Assembly: GCA_964602275.1 (NCBI GenBank)
Contig: CAZRQF010000010.1
Coordinates: 1-27,551 of the forward strand
Direction of reading: 5' to 3'
Length of the DNA stretch: 27,551 bases
Origin: an uncultured Eubacteriales bacterium
Lineage (GTDB): Bacteria; Bacillota; Clostridia; TANB77; UBA1234
Both the position numbers and the translations under genes were made by a program. This document shows, piece by piece, positions 22,899-27,551 of this stretch. How positions within the stretch are numbered: position 1 is the stretch's first letter; each line of letters opens with the position of its first letter. The notes beneath the pieces are model-generated. The model made no database searches, was not told the origin of the DNA, and saw only the letters and a program-made list of their open reading frames with translations.

Positions 22899-24755
22899 AT
22901 GCGTGAATGGTTAGAAGATTGGCTAGAAGATTCTTTAGCCGATGACGGTATTAGAGATGATTCAGAATTTTATGATTATATTGGACATATGAGATTAGTT
23001 TCTGCTAATCTTAGTAATATTCAAGTTACTCTTAAAAATGAAAGTTCATTTTTAAAACATTCTGTTGACGAAACTTTAGATATTGCCGAAACAATACAAA
23101 AGCTTCGCTTTGACTATTTTAATTTGTTAGTTTCTTCCGATAGTGTTGTTGAAATTAACGCCACTATTAACGGAAAAAACCATCTAAATGATATTTACAA
23201 GTTAGATGAGCAAATTATTAAGTTTACTACTGAAACTGAAAAACTAATTAATGATAACAATAAATTTAAAGCCGCAAACACTCTTAACGAATTGAAAGTT
23301 GCTTTAAAAAGAGCACAAAGTATAGATTCTTTTATTTTAGGTAGAGCAGAAAGAAAAATTGATGAATTTGGAGAGGAGATTGAAAGTGCTGACGACGAAG
23401 ATATAGACTACGAGCTTTTGGCTAATCCACCTATACTAAAACAGCATAATGTTTATAATACATATCCTCATCCATCTATGGGAGTTCCACAACCTCCATA
23501 CCAAAATGACACTAGACCACATACTGCTTATAATTTTTCAGCACATAATACTCCAAATAACTACGAAAATAATCCTTTATCGCAAAATAATGTTTCAACT
23601 TCTGTCGAAGAGCAGTATGGCATATTAAGAAATCAAGTTCCTGTTAGGATAGAGCATCATCGTTATAATGAAAATTTCTATCCACCGGAAGTTCCACCAC
23701 AAATGAAACAATGTGGTAATAATAGACAACCTGTAAGAGAAAGAAAAAGAACTATTGATAGAAAAAAGGTTGGTGCACTTGTTTTGGCCGCTTCTCTTTG
23801 TGTTGGAGGGCTTACATTATATAACAGTAATAAAAATAAAGATGTTAATATTCCAAATGTTCCTACACAACCTGCCTATACTGAAATGACACCTACACCT
23901 GAAGTTACACCTACACCTAAAATTAGTATCCAAGCAGAAGTTTCAAAAACTACTACATCACCTACTCTTTCAACTGAAACATATGCAACTGCAAATACTC
24001 AAGTAGCTACGCCTACCTCTACACCACAAAAATATGCAGAAGGAACTTTAGCATACACAGTTCAATTCTTAGATGACGAAATGATTTCTGTTGTGGCTAA
24101 TTCTCTTAGAAACTCTATGAACGGTCGTAATGGAAATCAAATTGCTGGATATGCAAACGGAGTTAATCAAACTTTTGATAACGATAGAGAATATGTTGAA
24201 TATGTTTTTAACACCTTAGACTCTAGAGCAAAAACTATGAGATATAGTGATAATTGTAATAGATTTGGCATAGCTCCACAAATGGAACAGCTTTCAGGCG
24301 ATGTTTCTAAATATTTAATTGTAAAAGCTTTAAACGAAAGTGGAAAATATAAACGAACAGATTACACAGCTGATGATATAGATTTTTATTGGACTATATA
24401 TGGCGGTAAAACTAATGCGTTTGATGTTAGAACTGTTAAAATCGAAAATGGTATATTAGTTGTAGATCAATTAATAGGTCATACATGTCATTTTTCTGGT
24501 GATATGGGAAAACTTATATCTTCTCATTGTGCCTTAGAATCTGCAGTTGAGGGAACTGGTCCTGCATACAAAGATAAACTTACAGGTGGTTTAACTCATT
24601 GTGCATTTGGAACACAAGAGGGTACAGTAATTTTAGATGAATCTCTTAAAGCTTATGATGCACTAGTCAATATCTTTGAACATGAATACGAGCTAAAAGT
24701 TAATGCCCCTGGAAAAGGCGTAAAAATTCAATACGAAAATGAATATGATAGATAA
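22899..24755 (+). CDS. Bitopic membrane protein of unknown function (618 aa)
   Basis: GAGGTG lies 6 nt before the ATG. The acidic N-terminus (MREWLEDWLEDSLADDG) is followed by helical or coiled segments. A Pro/Asn/Gln-rich low-complexity linker follows. There is one TM helix (VGALVLAASLCVGGLTLY), then a Thr/Pro linker (TPTPEVTPTPKIS). The ~230-aa C-terminal domain carries Cys/His pairs (GHTCHF, SSHCAL, LTHCAF). I could not recognise any family. Confidence 0.75.
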   Translation: MREWLEDWLEDSLADDGIRDDSEFYDYIGHMRLVSANLSNIQVTLKNESSFLKHSVDETLDIAETIQKLRFDYFNLLVSSDSVVEINATINGKNHLNDIYKLDEQIIKFTTETEKLINDNNKFKAANTLNELKVALKRAQSIDSFILGRAERKIDEFGEEIESADDEDIDYELLANPPILKQHNVYNTYPHPSMGVPQPPYQNDTRPHTAYNFSAHNTPNNYENNPLSQNNVSTSVEEQYGILRNQVPVRIEHHRYNENFYPPEVPPQMKQCGNNRQPVRERKRTIDRKKVGALVLAASLCVGGLTLYNSNKNKDVNIPNVPTQPAYTEMTPTPEVTPTPKISIQAEVSKTTTSPTLSTETYATANTQVATPTSTPQKYAEGTLAYTVQFLDDEMISVVANSLRNSMNGRNGNQIAGYANGVNQTFDNDREYVEYVFNTLDSRAKTMRYSDNCNRFGIAPQMEQLSGDVSKYLIVKALNESGKYKRTDYTADDIDFYWTIYGGKTNAFDVRTVKIENGILVVDQLIGHTCHFSGDMGKLISSHCALESAVEGTGPAYKDKLTGGLTHCAFGTQEGTVILDESLKAYDALVNIFEHEYELKVNAPGKGVKIQYENEYDR

Positions 24756-24759
24756 TAAT

Positions 24760-24793
24760 AAAAAATCGTACACAAATTTGCGTACGATTTTTT
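24760..24793. terminator. Bidirectional rho-independent terminator between convergent genes
   Basis: Stem ATCGTAC (24765-24771) / GTACGAT (24782-24788). It is flanked by an A-run (24760-24765) and a T-run (24788-24793). Confidence 0.75.
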
Positions 24794-24804
24794 GTATTAT
24801 ATTA

Positions 24805-26436
24805 TTATTTTTTCTTAATTAACAAAACAGCCAATATTACTATTACTACAACTAATATTATTATAATAACCAAGCTTACATCTATACTATTTCTTATATT
24901 ATTATTTTCATTTCTAATATCTTTAACTTCATTTGCTTTAGCCTCTGACACGCCTCTATAAACATGCTCTGTTTCACTTAATACAAATTCATATGAGCGA
25001 TTTTCATTATTTTCATTTTGTTTGCCATTTTGCATCTCATTTGGTTGCATTTCAAAGTTTTCTCCGCCTTGTGGCATTTGCATTCCATCTTCTCTATTTG
25101 GAATATCTTTCTTAAAATTATTTTGAATTAATTGATTTACAATTTCTTTTATTGTTTCTTCGCTAACGCCATCTGGAAGTGTTACTGAAGAAAAGTCTAA
25201 CGATTCGATATTAAACATATCTCCTTTTTCCATTTTATCAAATTGCATATTATCCAGCTCAGGCATATTTCCACTAGGTCTACCCATATTTTGCATTACG
25301 CCCGTATGACTTAGCTTTGTACCATTTTTATATGATGTAATATTTGTGTATACTCCATCTTTTTCGTCACCTACTATATCGCCACCAGAATATACATAGT
25401 ATGTGCCATTTTTAAACATTGGAGAACTACACTCTAAAATAGTAAAAGAATTTATCGGTTTAAACGCTATTATTGGTGTATCATTCTCATCTGTGATTAC
25501 AATCAAATCTGTGCTTTTCTGAGTTTTAGAAAAGTATAATTGCATAAATTGTTGTGCTGACGAATCTTCTATGCCCTCATACATATTTCCCGTTGCAATT
25601 ACAGTTCCACCATTTATAAAGATACCTAAATCTGCATCTAAGCCACTATCTTGAGATGTAGGGTGTGCTTGAGCACTAACAAATCCGCCGTTTATTGTAA
25701 TGTAACCATTAGAATCTATACCATCGCCCTCGCCATTTTCATTTTGCACAATTGCATAAAGAGAGCCACCATTTATAATTATATGGCTTACTCCATCTTC
25801 ACTTGCATTTAAGGCATCATCTCCAGAAAAGACTTCTATTGTTCCACTATTAATAGTTAAATGCATTTTACTTTCAATACCTTCATTATCTGCATTTACT
25901 CTTAAAGAACCTGTCCCCTCTATTAGTAGCGAAACTTTTGAAGATATCGCAGCATCATTTTTCACTTTGTTTCCTGCTTCATCATAATACTTTGCAACAT
26001 GTGAACCAGTTATTATATTTTTATTTTCTAAAACAATTTTAGCTCTCGCTTCACCTGCAATTTTATCATCTGCTGCCGAATTTATTAATATAGCAGGAGC
26101 AGTTTTACAAGTTATTTCTGCATTGTCTAAAATTAATGTGATGTCTTCATTAGTTTCCACTCTAATTTGTGTATCTTCAATTTTTCCAGTTATTCTGTAC
26201 TCTCCACCCTTTGTAATTGTTACTACTTTGTTCTCTAAATCTTTATTTTCTTCACTTACATCTGGATGATTTTCAATAGTCGTTTGTAGATATACATCAC
26301 CTTTTAAATCCGTGCTAATCTCTTTTCCATCTACCAAAATTTTATCACTTGAAAGTGTTATGGTAGTTTCTGCTGCAAAAGAAAAACTAAACATTAGTAT
26401 TATTAGCATTATGCTTATACTCAAAATTTTTTTCAT
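24805..26436 (-). CDS. Cthe_2159-type (DUF4353-like) carbohydrate-binding beta-helix protein with signal peptide and C-terminal TM anchor
   Basis: The start is moved to the ATG at 26436 (MKKILSISIMLIILMFSFSFA), 7 nt after AGGAGG. The longer track ORF (to 26502) has no RBS. The repeating beta-helix rungs are typical of this family: VVTITKGGEYRITGKIEDTQIRVET..ITLILDNAEIT, AAISSKVSLLIEGTGSLRVNADNEGIES, HLTINSGTIEVFSGDDALNA, IIINGGSLYAIV, GDGIDSNGYITINGGFV. The C-terminal sequence VSLVIIIILVVVIVILAVLLIKKK is a membrane anchor. Confidence 0.7.
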   Translation of the reverse strand: MKKILSISIMLIILMFSFSFAAETTITLSSDKILVDGKEISTDLKGDVYLQTTIENHPDVSEENKDLENKVVTITKGGEYRITGKIEDTQIRVETNEDITLILDNAEITCKTAPAILINSAADDKIAGEARAKIVLENKNIITGSHVAKYYDEAGNKVKNDAAISSKVSLLIEGTGSLRVNADNEGIESKMHLTINSGTIEVFSGDDALNASEDGVSHIIINGGSLYAIVQNENGEGDGIDSNGYITINGGFVSAQAHPTSQDSGLDADLGIFINGGTVIATGNMYEGIEDSSAQQFMQLYFSKTQKSTDLIVITDENDTPIIAFKPINSFTILECSSPMFKNGTYYVYSGGDIVGDEKDGVYTNITSYKNGTKLSHTGVMQNMGRPSGNMPELDNMQFDKMEKGDMFNIESLDFSSVTLPDGVSEETIKEIVNQLIQNNFKKDIPNREDGMQMPQGGENFEMQPNEMQNGKQNENNENRSYEFVLSETEHVYRGVSEAKANEVKDIRNENNNIRNSIDVSLVIIIILVVVIVILAVLLIKKK

Positions 26437-26519
26437 TTTCATACCTCCTATGTCTTTATAGCTTACCACAATTGTGTGAAAATTAAGTGAATTTATTAGC
26501 ATTTTTTATCATGTTTCAA

Positions 26520-26548
26520 TTGACGGGTCTGTAAAATCATGGTATACT
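26520..26548 (+). promoter_or_regulatory. Strong sigma-A-type promoter of the 129-aa gene
   Basis: TTGACG (26520-26525), a 17-nt spacer, then TATACT (26543-26548). TGG precedes the -10, giving an extended -10 TG. Confidence 0.6.
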
Positions 26549-26613
26549 TTTTATGTTTAATGATTTACCATTGGGTTGTAGTTATTACTTACAATTGTTA
26601 AGGAGGGGACTTA

Positions 26614-27003
26614 ATGGCTTTTTTAATTGTACTGCTTGTAATCTTGTGCATTGCTACCATCACATGGAGGGTTTTACGCTCAATTTTCGTAACACCCATT
26701 TTAACACGAATGACCACCACAGAAAACATGGCAAGTTCTATGCTCGGAATTGCTTCACCAAATTTTAAAACATGCACCTATGCTGAGTATTTTAAAGAAT
26801 TTAGTGAAATCTACCGGCAAATTTACCTATTGTACGAGATTACCATGATTTCATTTTGGAAGCAAAACAATACCCTCCTAGATTTTCTAATGTCAAAATC
26901 TGAAAAAGCTAGATGTGCCAATTTTATTTCTACCGCATACTTGTATCAGGAAAAATATTTTGAGCATAATCAAAGAGCTATTTGTGCAAGTTACTATATG
27001 TAA
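26614..27003 (+). CDS. Small N-terminally anchored membrane protein, unknown function (129 aa)
   Basis: AAGGAGGGG lies 5 nt before the ATG. The TM helix is MAFLIVLLVILCIATITW. The gene has its own promoter and terminator. I recognised no family. Confidence 0.65.
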   Translation: MAFLIVLLVILCIATITWRVLRSIFVTPILTRMTTTENMASSMLGIASPNFKTCTYAEYFKEFSEIYRQIYLLYEITMISFWKQNNTLLDFLMSKSEKARCANFISTAYLYQEKYFEHNQRAICASYYM

Positions 27004-27011
27004 TTTGAAAG

Positions 27012-27050
27012 AAAAAATGTGTATCTTATTGTTTTAAGATACACATTTTT
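27012..27050. terminator. Bidirectional rho-independent terminator between convergent genes
   Basis: A perfect 12-bp stem pairs ATGTGTATCTTA (27017-27028) with TAAGATACACAT (27035-27046) around a 6-nt loop. An A-run lies upstream and a T-run downstream. Confidence 0.85.
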
Positions 27051-27056
27051 ATTTAC

Positions 27057-27551
27057 TTACTTTTCAATAGAATTTACTAAAATTTCATTATTTTCATTTA
27101 CTTTTAGTTCAAAAGTAACTTCTTTTACAGCAGTTGATTCATCTTGCCAAGGGCGAAAATATTTAAAAGTAATCTTAGTTTCTCCACTTGATATTCCACT
27201 AAGTCTATATGTATGCACTCCGCCAACGCCAGTCATGCCATCTGGTGCTTCATCTTGAACATACTCATCCTCTTCAACGACAGCAATACTTTCATCATCA
27301 ATTTTGTATTGCCAACTGTACCCAGTTGTTGGGTTCTCCTCTAATCTTATAAATTGATAAATAGCGTATGTATCATATGTTTCAACCGAATAAAAGTCAT
27401 TTTCCACTTCATTTTCAATTTCATTATTTACATTATCTCTATTTTCAATTTCGATTTGACCATGAATATCATCATCTTTTCCAGTATTTCCACAGGCAGC
27501 AAGTGAAAACATTAATGCTAGAACTGCTAATATGCTTAAAATTTTATTCAT
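27057..27551 (-). CDS. Lipoprotein with a chagasin-family (MEROPS I42) cysteine-peptidase inhibitor domain
   Basis: The ATG is the last codon of the window, so the upstream region is not visible. The lipoprotein signal is MNKILSILAVLALMFSLAAC, with lipobox LAAC. The I42 hallmark motifs are ENPTTGYSWQY, GVGGVHTYRL and ITFKYFRPWQ. Confidence 0.75.
   Translation of the reverse strand: MNKILSILAVLALMFSLAACGNTGKDDDIHGQIEIENRDNVNNEIENEVENDFYSVETYDTYAIYQFIRLEENPTTGYSWQYKIDDESIAVVEEDEYVQDEAPDGMTGVGGVHTYRLSGISSGETKITFKYFRPWQDESTAVKEVTFELKVNENNEILVNSIEK

Noticed and set aside
26479-26488. A perfect 10-bp palindrome, CACAATTGTG, upstream of the Cthe_2159-like gene, considered as a regulator site.
   Set aside because: It is short and AT-rich and occurs only once. 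No clear promoter is positioned relative to it and no regulator is nearby. It is not enough to support a call.
26437-26502. A 22-codon extension of the Cthe_2159-like ORF (MLINSLNFHTIVVSYKDIGGMK...).
   Set aside because: AGGAGG is positioned for the ATG at 26436, which begins the signal peptide. No RBS precedes 26502.
26553-26768. A 71-aa plus-strand ORF overlapping the 129-aa gene in another frame.
   Set aside because: It starts at about the predicted transcription start and has no RBS. The 26614 frame has AAGGAGGGG and a TM-helix product.

Overview
This is an AT-rich window (roughly 30% GC by eye) using the standard genetic code: TAA, TAG and TGA all end long ORFs. It looks like a Clostridia-type Firmicutes chromosome segment, which is an inference from composition and gene content. 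Nearly all genes are on the minus strand.

Left to right:
- The 3' two-thirds of dprA.
- A ~12.1 kb three-gene operon (780-13190). It encodes a 2320-aa and a 1372-aa secreted protein, both full of CxxC/His mini-modules, Ig-like/MBG-like repeats and a beta-helix. They flank a 319-aa pilin-like protein. The operon has a near-consensus promoter and a ~260-nt GC-enriched leader.
- A yhaO/yhaN (SbcD/SbcC-like) pair.
- A compact cassette with a perfect consensus promoter and its own terminator. It carries a 170-codon ORF interrupted by an in-frame TAG, a 57-aa ORF missing from the ORF track, and an intact VirD4/TraG-type coupling protein. No other conjugation genes are present.
- A cbpA-like J-protein gene broken by a 1-nt homopolymer frameshift.
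- copZ-copA.
- A 618-aa bitopic membrane protein of unknown function.
- A membrane-anchored Cthe_2159-type beta-helix protein.
- A small orphan membrane protein.
- A chagasin-family (I42) inhibitor lipoprotein.

I saw no rRNA, tRNA, CRISPR array, transposase, integrase or reverse transcriptase.

The best candidate for something undescribed is the giant-protein/pilin-like operon. Its extracellular zinc-ribbon-like module arrays have no family name I can assign. It contains 100%-identical in-frame tandem repeats and has no recognisable cell-wall anchor. The orphan T4CP cassette is second. All domain calls come from reading motifs in the supplied translations; no searches were run.
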